DNA of 55,196 bases from Prorocentrum cordatum (Eukaryota), in assembly GCA_963575745.1 (NCBI GenBank), contig CAUYUJ010000176.1, positions 62,001-117,196 of the forward strand. The letters are read 5' to 3'. Positions 13,429 through 24,499 of this stretch are shown here, piece after piece. Each line of letters begins with the position of its first letter. The first letter of the stretch is position 1. Below the pieces are notes generated by a model. The model was given only the letters and a program-made list of their open reading frames with translations. It was not told the origin of the DNA and did no database searches. A program made the translations under genes and the position numbers.

Positions 13429-13582
13429 ACCAGCCTCGAACTTATCCCTATCCCCAAGATTGACACGCTAAAAGGAGACGACAATCTTAGGGACACACCT
13501 TCAGAAACTGAGGAAGTCCCTAAGATCGCCATCGTGATGAGGCGATGCCCAACATAGGGATAGGGATATGTTCCAGGCTGGT
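13429..13582. mobile_element. MITE-like element with ACCAGCCTCGAAC(T)TATCCCTATCCC TIR
   Basis: Inverted termini; inverted homologous copy at ~21180-21306. Confidence 0.65.
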
Positions 13583-13804
13583 AAGAGTGTGTTCGGAATC
13601 GGTCCTTCAGACCCCTCCCACGGGCCCCTCCCGGGGGTCCATCCCGGCCCGCTCATTTCGAGGCAGCTCCAGCCGTGGCGACGAGAAGCCTCCGGGGTTC
13701 CCCCAGAGAGGACCAGGCAGGCCTGGGATGGGCCGTCGTTGTCTCGACTGCTCCATCCAGGAGATGATTAGTTTTCGGGTGTCACCTGAGGGGTCTCAAA
13801 GTGC

Positions 13805-14140
13805 CCTCGGCGCCGAGCACATCCGCGAGGCTCACGTTTTCTCAAAGTGCTACGAAGCCCGCGGCGCCGAACGCAGTGGCGCGTCTCCAAGAGCTCCAAA
13901 TCGCCCCGGAACCCTCGGCGCCGAGTACATCTGCGAGCCTCGCATGGTCTCACAGTGCCACAAACCCTCAGCGCCGAGCGCAACCGCTCGTCTTCAAGGC
14001 TTTCAAATCGTTCCAGAACCCTCGGCGCCGAGCCCTTCCGCAAGTCTCATATGGTCTAGCATTGCCACGAAACCCTTGGCGTCGAACACATTTGCGCGTT
14101 TCAAAGGGGGTCACGATGGCCCGAAACTCCTGGCGCCGAT
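13805..14140. repeat. Degenerate ~53-54-bp tandem repeat with CCTCGGCGCCGAG core and alternating A/B units
   Basis: Core at ~13805, 13860, 13913, 13966, 14020, 14073 and 14129. Confidence 0.75.
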
Positions 14141-14735
14141 GGCTGTGGTTGGGGAGAGGCTGTGGCTGGCCATGCGACTTTCCTGTGCAGACTCGTATCG
14201 GCAAAAAACAATAGTATAGCATTCAAGAACTTCTTGCGGATCGGCGGAATGGCGCGAACCATCTGAATATCGAAACAAGTAGTTACCACCGAAAGGGGAG
14301 AGCACCATTCTGACGTGAGCGCGCAAGCATGCGAGGGCGCCCGCACGAGACGCCACCAACCAATCACGCGGGAGTTGGATTGCAGAGTGCATACTCCGCC
14401 GCGTGTGCATGTGTGTCTGCGTGCGTGCGTAGTGGTGTGTGGTGCGCGTGCGTGTTTGGTTGGTGGTACGTGTGTGCGCGTACATAAGGCGACGCGCTGC
14501 AATGCGACCACGTTCGATGCAACGCAGGGCCATGCAAAGCAACGGGACCGAAACGTCCGCACGCAGTGGACTAAATGTGGACATCGCGCTTTCGCGCAAT
14601 GCATTCAGTACCACTGCAACTTCAAATGCGACGCTTCGAAGAACGTGGCCCCCAGGCGAGCGCGAAATCCATTTCCATGAAATTTCTTCCCGGACTGTAT
14701 CGTGAAGGCCTCACGGTCGGTGCCGCCGACCCAGA

Positions 14736-14832
14736 ATGACGACGACGACGGCGACGACCATAACCACGACCACCACCACCACCACCACCACCACCACCAC
14801 GACCACGACCACGACGACCACGACCACGACGA

Positions 14833-14883
<51 letters not shown>

Positions 14884-14915
14884 AGACGACAGAGACGACA
14901 ACGACAACGACGAGC
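14736..14915. repeat. (GAC)n/(CAC)n microsatellite
   Basis: Direct reading. Confidence 0.9.
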
Positions 14916-15098
14916 TCATGACCCCACCACAGGCTCGGGACATGGGGGCGGCTGTGGAGGGAGGAGGACGAAGAGGAGGAACAGGATGAGGAAGAAGAGG
15001 AGGGGGAGGCGGAGGAGAACGAGGCGAGGAGGAGGAGGAGGACTAAATGGGCTAAATGCAAAGCGACAGGGGAGTCGCGCAGGAGAGCCCCTGGGGCC

Positions 15099-15284
15099 GC
15101 AGGAGGAACACGAGCCTCCGCAACCCCAGGGCCGTCGGCGCCGCAGGAGGAACACGAGCCTCCGCGGCGCGAAGCTGCCGCTGCAGGAGGAGCACGAGCC
15201 TCCGCAGCGGGGGGGGGCGCAGGAGGAACACGAGCCTCCGCGCCCCGAAGCCAAGCGAGCCGCAGGAGGAACACGAGCCTCCGC
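15099..15284. repeat. Five copies of 23-nt GCAGGAGGAACACGAGCCTCCGC separated by non-identical 13-21-nt spacers
   Basis: Copies at 15099, 15143, 15183 (1 mismatch), 15219 and 15262. Confidence 0.9.
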
Positions 15285-15344
15285 AGCCCTCATGACTTGG
15301 CCATTTTCTCGGGCAGCTCCCCGAGCATCAAAACTTGGCCAACT

Positions 15345-16181
15345 TCACGGGCCAGCCTCGCCGTTGTCGAACAGCTGCGACGCCTCGAAGCCCGCGCCGA
15401 GGACCTCCCCGCAGGCGGCCTCGTGCGCGGATCGGGCCTCCGCCAGCTGGGGCTCCAGCATCTTCACGGCGCACGCGGTGCCCAGGACCATCTGCTTGGC
15501 AGCGCTGACGGTCAGCGGCAGCCGCTTCTCCCTGGAGTCCTTCACGACGAGCTTCTCGGAGTCGCGCTTGGTCTCCCCCATGAACAGCCGAGCGCTCTCC
15601 AGGGCCAGCTCGTCAATGGCCGACCCCACCGCCTTGACCTCCAGGGTGGCCTGGCATCCAGGGGCGCACTTGAAGTCCTTCTTCATCAGCTCCCCCATCG
15701 GCTGAGCGCAAGGGTGCACTGAGACCTTCTCCTGCAGCTCCTCCTTCTCGTCCTCCAGGTCGTCCGTGGTGGGAGCCGACGCTGCATCGCCAGCCCCACG
15801 ACGGCGGCCACGCGCCCGGCGCCGGGCCTCGCCCGCCGTGGTGGGCACCGCCTGCGGCCCTGCGCCGAAATCGGCGTGCTGGGCCCAGCCGCGGAAGGCG
15901 CGACTGGCCCCAGAGGGCCGAGCCACGACGCCTTCGCGGCCCGCCCGCACCATCTCGGTCAGGTGGGGCCTTCCAAGCTGCTCCCTTGCCGCCACCTCCT
16001 CGTCCACCTCGGAAGCCAGGCGCGGGGCGAGGAGAGAAGCGCCCACGCGAAGGGCCGAAGCGACAGCGGCGGCCACCACCTGCCGCCCGCCGCCGCCTTC
16101 AGCAGCCCCTGCAGCTGCCGCCTTGACCAGCGGCGCAAGCAACGCCACCTGCTCCCCGACGAGGGGAAGGACCGCCGCCAT
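15345..16181 (-). CDS. Hypothetical 278-aa Ala-rich protein of element E2 (retroelement ORF1-like or retrogene)
   Basis: First ATG is 51 nt downstream of the SL; non-repetitive protein with N-terminal GGGRQVVAAAVASALR helix; no recognisable domain. Confidence 0.55.
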   Translation of the reverse strand: MAAVLPLVGEQVALLAPLVKAAAAGAAEGGGGRQVVAAAVASALRVGASLLAPRLASEVDEEVAAREQLGRPHLTEMVRAGREGVVARPSGASRAFRGWAQHADFGAGPQAVPTTAGEARRRARGRRRGAGDAASAPTTDDLEDEKEELQEKVSVHPCAQPMGELMKKDFKCAPGCQATLEVKAVGSAIDELALESARLFMGETKRDSEKLVVKDSREKRLPLTVSAAKQMVLGTACAVKMLEPQLAEARSAHEAACGEVLGAGFEASQLFDNGEAGP

Positions 16182-16232
16182 CGCCCGAGCCGCGGCAGGG
16201 GGCAGCAACAGCCCGCCTGGCGCCCAAGCAGG

Positions 16233-16254
16233 CTTGAGCCAACATGGCTACGGA
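16233..16254 (-). other. Dinoflagellate spliced leader relic (21/22 match)
   Basis: Reverse complement TCCGTAGCCATGTTGGCTCAAG vs DinoSL TCCGTAGCCATTTTGGCTCAAG. Confidence 0.93.
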
Positions 16255-16735
16255 GGAGGAGGAGGAGGAGGAGGAGGATCGGGGGGGGGAGGGGAGGGGG
16301 GGGGAGGGGGGGGGGAGGGGGAAGGGGGAGGGGGAGGAGGCAAGCTAGGTGCGCTCGCGTCAACATCTGACATCCTACCCCTCCCTCCCATCTCTTCCCA
16401 TTGAGCTACTTCATTGTCCTCTCACCGAATCGGGCTTCGCATCTGACCCTGTTACCTAAGAGGGAAAGGAGGAGGACGACGGCGCGATGAAAACGAAGAC
16501 GACGACGACGAAGACGACGACGACGACAACCACGACGACGACGACGACGGCGGCGACGACGACGACGACGACGATGAGGACGACCGGCGACGAAGACGGG
16601 ACGCCGCCCAAAAGGGGGGGGGCTTTCTGCGGCCCCAAAAATCAACGAATCGACACCGGATGTGTAATCACCTCCAATGTTTTTGCCGGGGATCATTTTC
16701 TAGATTTGGGGCTTCTTAAAAAGGATCGAAAACGT

Positions 16736-16918
16736 CGGCGCTGCAGCGGGAGCACGTTTTGGAACAACGAGAGGCGCAGAAATTGGGCCAGCGCTGCAGC
16801 GGGAGCACGATTCGGAACGAGCGGGAGCGCGGAAATGAGGCCAGCGCTGCAGCGGGAACACGATTCGGAAGGAGCGGGAGCCCGAAAATTAGGCCAGCGC
16901 CTCAGCGAGAGCAGCATT
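16736..16918. repeat. ~55-bp tandem repeat (GGCCAGCGCTGCAGCGGGAGCACGATTCGGAA...), about 3.5 copies
   Basis: Direct reading. Confidence 0.75.
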
Positions 16919-17299
16919 TTAGAAAAAAACACAAGCGAAAACCCAACTCCGGGGAATCCTGTGTGTAAAAAAACAGTACGCGGGGGGGTGCCGAACATCT
17001 TCCGGACGCCATCAGGGGAAGTGGGAGAGTAGTATTCATATTGTGTAATTGTAGAAGGAGGAGGAAGAGGAGGAGGAAGAGCAGGAGGAGGAGGAGGATC
17101 AAGTTGAGGATGAGGAGGGGGACCTATGTAAACCCATGAATCATCAACGGTGCTGCAATCAACGGTTGCAATGTTTTAAGGTGGTGGGTGTGCCTGGCGC
17201 TAAGGCGGCAACCACATTCCGAGACCACTTGGGCTCCATCCTTGAAAGTGTTGATATATGTTGCCAGTTATCAAAACGAGTACGCGCGGCGCGAAGGCA

Positions 17300-18350
17300 T
17301 GAACCACTTTCCGCTTGGGCCGTCCGGGAGCCATCTTGGAGGCTCCTTGGGCGGTTTTGGGGCCCTCGTGGAGGCCTCTTGCGCCGTCTCGGGCACTCGG
17401 AGGGCTGAAAAGAAGCACGTGCCAAAAACTGACAAAAACACAAGGATCCTCCTGTAAGATCTTTTCGAGGCCTCTCGGGGCCCTCTTGGGCCGTCTTGGG
17501 CCGTCTTAGAGGCTTGTTGGGCGGACTTGGAGGCATGTTGGACCCCCGCGGGCCGTCTTGGGGACCATCTTTGGTTATCGTGGCCGAACTTGGAGTTCAT
17601 TTTGGCCGTCTTGGAGGCCATCCGGGAGCCATCGGGAGCCTGTTGGATGCAGTTTGGACGCCTCTTGGGGGCAGTTTCGGGGCCTCTTGGAGCCTCTTTT
17701 GGGCCTCTTTTGGGCCTCTTGGGGGCCTCTCGGGGCGGGCCTCTTGGGGGCCTATTGGGGGGGCCTCCTGGGCACCTCTTGGGGTCTTCTGGGGGGCGAA
17801 AGGCGAGGATTTTCGGTTCGTGCTCGCTCTCCTGGACCCGGTGTGGGGCCGTCTTGGGGCCCTCTTGGGCCGTCTTGGGTGCCCCTTGGGCTGTCTTGGG
17901 GCTTTTTTAGGCCGTCTTGGGGCCATCTTGGCCTTTGGACCCTTTTGGGGTGGCCTTGGAGGCCTCTTGGGCTGTCTTGGGGCTTTAAGAAACCGAAAGA
18001 GACGAGAACGCCTAAATGTTCAAAAGCCAAGGAATTTATGATGTTGCCTCTTGGGACCCTCTCGGGAGGCCTCTTGGAGGCCTCTTGGGGCGTCTTGGAG
18101 GCCTCTTTGTGCCGTTGTGAGGCAATCTCGGGCGTCCTGACATGGCCGATCTCTGGGTGTCTCGGAGCCCTTTTGGACCGTGTTGGAGGCTGCTTGGGGA
18201 CCTCTTGGCCCGTCTTGGGCCCGTAGAAGTCACGCGGGGAGACGCGCCGAAGGCCAGAGGGCACCCGACAAGCCCAGTTAGATTTCGGAGTTTGAGGTCT
18301 GGGCCCCTCGAGGATCTCTCGGGACTGAGGACTGAGGCTCCACGGGTTTT
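17300..18350 (+). repeat. Degenerate GGCCTCTTGG/GCCGTCTTGG minisatellite-rich dispersed repeat
   Basis: 10-11-nt CTCTTGG/GTCTTGG units; same family at 24500-26280 and 47640-47850. Confidence 0.85.
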
Positions 18351-18360
18351 CAGCAAATTT

Positions 18361-18543
18361 CAAGAGGGAAAGAAACGCACAGACACAAGTAATCGTCACA
18401 AGTAATCGTCGACTCCCAGGAAAATATGGGAAACTAGGGGAACATATGGGAATGGGGGGAAAACAGAAACCTAGAGCATATGGGAAAATATGGGGGATCC
18501 CGTTATATTTCTGTGGATTTATTGGTGTGTCCCAGGGCCCCTT
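18361..18543 (+). mobile_element. Repeat family A copy
   Basis: Family A motifs, with small internal duplication ACAAGTAATCGTC x2. Confidence 0.75.
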
Positions 18544-19609
18544 CAAAATTACCCGAGGACGCGCCCACTCCGTGCACGCGGGCACGGTGGCAGAGATCTT
18601 TTCTCCTCGGGTGCTCTCCCGGAGGAGAGGGGGGTCGGCGCGAAGGGGCGAGGCGCGCGGGCCGGGAGGCGGCCGGCCAGATGCTGCCCTGGGTCGTTCT
18701 CTCTCTCGGTGGCAGCCCTGCGCGCGGCGCGCTCGTCGCCTGCGCGCGCGCGCCGGGCTCCGCTTGCGCCGCGGCCGCGGGGCAGCAGCCCCTGGAGCTG
18801 CAGGGGCGCTCCTCGCGCAGAGGCCTCCTCCCGGGCCGCGCCCGCGCCCGGGGCAGCCCACGGCTGGAGATGGGCTCGAGCGCAAGAAAGGGCGCGGCCC
18901 CCTCCTGCGGGCCACAGGGATGTACACCACCACGTCGATTCCTCCTCCCTCCTCCACCCTCCTCTTCCTCGCCTCTTTCCTGGCAGAGGGAGGGGATGAG
19001 GCAGGTGGTGGTGGTGTATACCTTGGGGCCCCCACCTCCCCTCCCCTCACTCTGCGCCCCCCTCCGCCTGGCCGGAAGGCCTCGGCCCCTTCCTCCCGAG
19101 ACGTTCTTGCGTCGCGGCGTTGCATGCAGAGGCCCGTCCGCGCGCGCGCGCCCCGAGCACAACGGGCGACGGCACTGCGAACTGCCCAGGTGCAGGAGGG
19201 GGAGGAGGGGGAGGGGCGAAAGGGGATGAGCAGAGGAGGAGGGGGAGGAAGGGGAGGATGGGGAGGGGGGAGGGGGGAGGGGGAGGGGGGAGGGGGAGGG
19301 GGAGGGGGAGAAGGAGGGGGAGGGGGGAGGGGGAGGGGGAGGGGGAGGGGGAGGGGGAGGGGGAAAATGGGGCAATGGGGAGGAGGAGGAGGAAAGGAGG
19401 AGGAGGAAGGAGGAAGGGAGGGAGGAGGGAGGGGGGGAGGGAGGTGGATGAGGGGGGAGAGGAGGAGGAGGAGGAGGGAGAGAGGAGTGGCCGCGGGACG
19501 AGGAGAAGGAAATATGGCGCTCACGCAGCGGGGACCGCAGTGGGGCGCTTGGGGCGGCCAGGCCGGTGCTGCACCCCTGGCGGCGGGGGCGGGGTGGCGC
19601 TCCATCCCC

Positions 19610-19822
19610 TTGTATATATGTGTATTATATATATTTATTGTATTACATATACAGATGTGCATATATATATATATATATATATGTGGGTGTGTATGTATAT
19701 ATACGCATAGAACCTACAGTATTCTACATTGTTTACATAGAAGGACGTCTATACATATATCTAGATATTATAGATGTGCGTACACAGATATTAATGTAGT
19801 CTATATATATATATATATATGT
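19610..19822. repeat. (TA)n-rich low-complexity tract
   Basis: Direct reading; one of the few strongly AT-rich patches in the window. Confidence 0.85.
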
Positions 19823-20160
19823 GCGATGCGAGGTGTCTTCTTTTCTGCAGCACGGGGTCCCCAGAAGGCCCGACCCTTTCCACGCGGCCCGCTCTCTCCA
19901 CGCGAGCCGCGGCGAGGGCCCCTGGAGGCCGAGAGCGGCCAGGCGCCTCCCGTCGTGCACGCGTTGCGCGACGCGAGCACGTCTGGTCGGGGGTGCCTCC
20001 ACATGGGAATTCTGATCCTAGATTTCGGTGTTGGTGGTAATACGTCGGTCACCTTGGAAGCCAGAATATTGCCACCATCACCGAGATCGGGATCGCCTTC
20101 CCTCGGCCGGTGGAGGCACACCACCGATCTTGGTGTTGGTGTCAACCTCTAGGCCTGCGA

Positions 20161-20830
20161 TCTGGGTCTGCCCCGCGGCCCGCCCCGACCCAACCCGAAG
20201 GCTCAGATTTGCCCTCGATTTCCAGTGGGGGGGGGTCGGGAAGCATCGAAAAAACACGTGTGGAACCCTTACCCCCCCCAACCCGAAATTCGGGTCTTCG
20301 GGTTGGGTTGGGGTGGTCTGGTAGATAGTCAGTCTGGGTCTGCCCCGCGGCCCGCCCCGACCTCGGGCCTGCCGAAGTCAAGCAGTGGCGACGCGTCTGG
20401 GCTTGCCTATATCGGGCCGGGCGAAAGGGGGGGATTGGGAAAGGGGGGGGTACGAAATCTGCTGCATGCAGCTGGTTTCGGCCCCACCGATGGGCCCATT
20501 CCTCGATGCATGGGCGTCTCCCGGCGCCGGGAGGCGCCGGGAAAATCAGCTACGCGAGCCGATTCTCAAACCCCCCCTTTGCTATCCCCCCCTTTCGCCC
20601 GACCCGAACGTCTGGGTCTGCCCCGCGGCCCGCCCCGACCTCGGGCCTGCCGAAGTCAAGCAGTGGCGAAGCGTCTGGGCTTGCCTATAGGCCTACTCCA
20701 GATTTCGTAATAAAGGGAGGGGGGTCTCACTTCGGGGGGGGGTCTCTTCCAGGCTATCTTGGAGGGCCTGGGGGGGTCTGGGGACGATGTTTTGGAGGGT
20801 TCTCCCACGGGGGAGGTCTGAAAGGGCGCT
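20161..20830. mobile_element. Cluster of three different MITEs, each preceded by a copy of a ~79-bp unit
   Basis: Units at 20161-20190 (partial), 20333-20411 and 20611-20689; MITEs at 20190-20325, 20412-20607 and 20696-~20830, with homologues at 42850, 40603 and 35846. Confidence 0.7.
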
Positions 20831-21343
20831 TCACGAACATGACCACAACCACTGCTCTGTTTCTGCTGGCTGGAGGGCGGCAGCAAAAGAAAAGCAGTGG
20901 CTGTGGTCGTTTTCGCGTCCCGTAGTAGTGGTCGGGAGCGCCGGTGCGAGTAGCCACCCTGCGTGTAATGGAAGCGGAGCGCGCTTGTCGAGGGTCCCCG
21001 AATCCCGAGTCGCACGTCTCCCCGGAGATCCCGTGCAGTGGTCGGGCGGCAGCGCCGGTGCGGCGTGCCGCTGGCTCACCATTTAGACGCCGCGTGCGGC
21101 TCCGCTCGCCGCCCCGGGGGGCGCACGCGGCAGGCGGGAGGGAGAGGCGCGGGGGCCTGTCGGGGGCGGCCAGGAGGTTACCAGTTTGAAGCATCTCACC
21201 TCGATGCCGATCTTAAGGATTCCCTCAGTTTCTGAGGGCCTGTCCCTAAGGTTGTTCTCGCTTTTTGCTCGCCCATCTCAGGGATAGGGATACGTTCGAG
21301 GCTGGTTAGGAGGGGGGTGATGACTGGGGGGGGGTGGATATCA

Positions 21344-21475
21344 CTCAGCATCGCTCGGGCGTGTGAATTGTTTCTCGGCGGGAACCATCGAGGAGCAGCC
21401 TGGACCATCGACCAGACAAGAAACACGCACGAAACCGACGAATGCACGGGGAGTGGACGTCCGAGCGACGGCAAG
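21344..21475 (+). mobile_element. MITE family B, TSD ATCA, inserted in a repeat whose empty site is at ~54190
   Basis: GGAT-ATCA|CTCAGCATCG...CGACGGCAAG|ATCA-CGGCG vs empty GGATATCATGGCG. Confidence 0.88.
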
Positions 21476-21640
21476 ATCACGGCGTGGGCCATGGTATTTC
21501 GCCAGATCCCATGGCGCCTCATCGTGTCTCATTGCGTCCCTGCCCCCCCCCCCTCTTTCAGCCGCGCGCATGCCGCCGGCCATGATTCGCGCCCCCCCCC
21601 TCTTGGACGCCCCCCTCTTGGCCGCGCCCGGGCTCAGGGG

Positions 21641-21774
21641 CCTGGCATCGCTTGGACGTGTGCATGCTTCTTCGGCGAGGACCATCGAGGAGCATCCTGG
21701 ATCGTCCTGCCAACAGAACAGGACGCGCGAAACCGAAAAGCGCATGGAGAATGGACGTCTGGGCGAATGGCAAG
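21641..21774 (+). mobile_element. MITE family B copy
   Basis: TIR cores and internal GGCGAGGACCATCGAGGAGCATC; flanks GGGG/GGAG. Confidence 0.75.
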
Positions 21775-23783
21775 GGAGGGTGGACGTTTTCTGAGGTCTT
21801 TGGACGCTTGCTCGTTGGTTCCCGGCGGCTTCCCACCCTCGGGATACGTTCGGGGGCTGCGCAGATCGTCCCGAACGATTGCTACGATCGGACCGAGGTA
21901 TGAGATCGAGGTCGGTTTGGAGGGGGTATCCTTATGTTTTTCGTGTTTGTCAGACGTTCTTGTGCATCGTGGGGCCAGCGTTGGGGAAGGCACCCTCGGA
22001 TGATTTTCAGTTTGGCCGGCGGAGGGTCTCATGTTCTTGAGGGGTGTGTTTCTGTCTCAGGTCCGATTGTAGAGGCCCGAGCTATGGCCCGACAACGCAC
22101 GGGGACGGGGAGAGGCTCGGGGGGCGGTCTTCTAAGAAGGCGGGCGGCTTCCCAGAAGGGCGCGGAGGCTTCAGGGACGGCCTGTGGGAGGGCTTCTGAG
22201 GAGGCCACCATGCCTTGCAGGAAGGCCGCCCCCGTCGCAGCACCCCCTTGTGCGCTTCGTCAACCCCCCTCTCTGCCCCCTTCCCCTGGTTCCCTCCACG
22301 GTTCCCTCTCAACAGGAATACATTCTCCTCTCTCCTCGGATCCTTTCCGTGGGGTACAAGACTTCAAAAGCTGGTCGTTCATCTGGTTTGTGTCAGTCGG
22401 AACGTATCTGGTGTTTCAAGCTGGTGCCTGCTGCAGCGCTGGCTTCTGTTTAGGCCAGTCGTGCAAAGTTATGCTTTCGCCCCAGCGCCGGCCACAATGC
22501 AGGACCCGGGCCCTCCATCGTCGTTGTCGCACCGCTCCTTTCCCCTCGTCCGCCTTCCATTGATCCTCCTGCTCCTCCCGCTCCCCCCTGCTCCTGCTTG
22601 TGCTCTTGCGGCTGCTGTTCCTGCACGTTCCTCCTCCTCTTCCTCTCGCTCGTCCTCCTGCTCCTCCGCCACCTCCTGCTCCTCCCCCACTGTGCACAGC
22701 TCCCCTTTTTTCTGACTGCGCAGAATTCGCGTGATGTGGGTCCTTGGAGATCTCCAGGCCCGCTACGCCACCCGTCGGCGGGTTGAAACACAGCAGCGCC
22801 ATGGGAAGGGCTGGGCGGCAGGGGCAGGAGGTCAGATACAGCGAAAAGTAAGGATGGGCAACCCTCGAAACCCTCGCCAAGGGTACTACTTCTACTCTCC
22901 CGGATCTCATAAACAATGGGGACAATGGTGGTAAAACTATGGGGGGTGGGGGTGGGGTTCTGCTTCTGGGGCTGGGGGGGGGGTCTCCGGAAGCTACCGT
23001 CAAAACACATTTGTGGGGGGGTCCCTCTCGATTTTGGACCTTGTTGTTGGGTTGCCTGTCTTGGAGGGTGGTGGAGGGGGGGGGGGGGCGGGGTCCCAGA
23101 CACCGGCCGCCAACGGGCCTTTTTTTCACAGAAAAACACTTTTTTTTTAGAGGGAAAAAAAAAACGTTGAACGGCGCTGAGCCCCCCCCCCCACTATTAT
23201 GAGATTTGGAGTACCTTTGTATCCGTGCCTCCTCGGTTTGCCCACGCTGGCCGCGCCCCACTCGAACAGCTTGGAAACCTGGCGTCCAAGGCCCTCGCAT
23301 ACCTCTCGCGCAAACCGTCTGACACGGGCCGATTGTATGGCCCGTGCGCATCTGGCTTGCTCGTCATCCTCTCGGCCGTCCGACCCCCCCTCTGCCTTCA
23401 CCCACCGCGCGTTTCGCTGCTCTCGCAAAGTGCCTGCTCGCAGATGTCCGGAACACGCGTCCTTGCCTCGATGCAAATGGATCGTGAGGCCTTCGCGGCG
23501 GAGCCAGGCCGTTTGCGAGCATTTACATTTATGTGTGCCAGTCGTGGCACGCGCTTGTCTATGCCCCTTCTGCCCATAATCGTGCAATCGTGTATGGCAG
23601 ATTGTTGTTGGAGGTGTGGTTGTCTAGGCCCCAAGACCCCCATTGGAGGTGGCCGACTCGGTGCGGGCATGGTCGCTGCATGTAAGCAACACCCCACCTG
23701 AGCAGGCAAAACAACTTTGGCCAATATTCAGAGGTAGCCATCGGTTGCGTTTTCGTTGTTTATAAAGAGCCAGGGTCTGGAGC

Positions 23784-24120
23784 TCACGGCGCCAACGACC
23801 ATGATCAGAATTACAGTTGTTTTGTGCATTGCAGTTTGTTTGCATTGCAGTTTTTGTTTGCATTGCAGTTTTGTCGTTCTAGCTTCAGCTTTGGATTCCG
23901 AGAGGGGAGGCGAGAGCGGTTTGGGGAGGTCCAGAGAGGGTCTGAAGCCCACGGTGCCAACGACTATAATCAGAATTACAGTTCTTTTTGTGCATTGCAG
24001 TTTTTTTGAATTGCAGTTTTTGTTTGCATTGCAGCTGTGCCGGTCTAGCTTCAGCTGTGGATTCCGCATGCGAGGCGAGATCGGTTTGGGGAGGTCCAGG
24101 GAGGGTCTGAAGCCCACGGC
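23784..24120. repeat. ~165-bp tandem duplication containing TTGCATTGCAGTTT repeats
   Basis: CACGG(C/T)GCCAACGAC..ATCAGAATTACAGTT and GGGGAGGTCCAG..GGTCTGAAGCCCACGG each occur twice. Confidence 0.8.
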
Positions 24121-24331
24121 GCTAGTCACCGCTGTGTGGGCAGCTCTACCAAGCAAGCGAATATGAGGAGGTAGAAGGCAGGAGGAGGTATGAGGAGGCA
24201 GAAGAAAGCATAATGTGGCAACAGACTGCAGAAGGAGGTAGGAGAAACTCCGCATGCTAACAACATCCAGAACGGACGACGACGTCAGCGACGACGACAA
24301 CGTCGACGATGCCAATAACAACGACGACGCA

Positions 24332-24496
24332 CGGTAGGTTCGCGTCGTGTCGACCAGCGGCGACCCCGCCGCCAGCGATTCAGAATCGTTCGATGCTGAA
24401 CGATCTGACGTTTCGAAAACGGCCGATCGTTCACGGTTGAGCGATCCCCGCGGTGTCAGGAACCAACGCCAGGATTGGCACGACGCGAACCTGCCG
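24332..24496. mobile_element. MITE copy homologous to 9264-9451
   Basis: Same TIRs; flanks CA/TG instead of TA. Confidence 0.75.
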
Positions 24497-24499
24497 TGT

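Larger units (their letters stand above)
15043..16254 (-). mobile_element. SL-headed short retro-insertion (element E2) within a (TCC)n tract
   Basis: DinoSL (1 mismatch) at the 5' end, then a 278-aa ORF and a 3' repeat array, ending GCATTTAGCCCATTTAG|TCCTCC; GGA tracts on both sides. Confidence 0.75.

Noticed and set aside
15099..15284. Bona fide CRISPR array
   Set aside because: Eukaryotic context, no cas genes, and spacers too short and variable (13-21 nt). Kept only as a repeat-spacer curiosity.
17496..18226. GPLGALLGRLG-type ORFs (also 24500-26280)
   Set aside because: Translations of the CTCTTGG minisatellite in multiple frames, with no domain signal.
17752..20152. Long ORFs of 636 aa (-) and 568 aa (+)
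   Set aside because: They run through minisatellite, family A repeat, G-runs and (TA)n. They are open because of GC content, and the products are low complexity.
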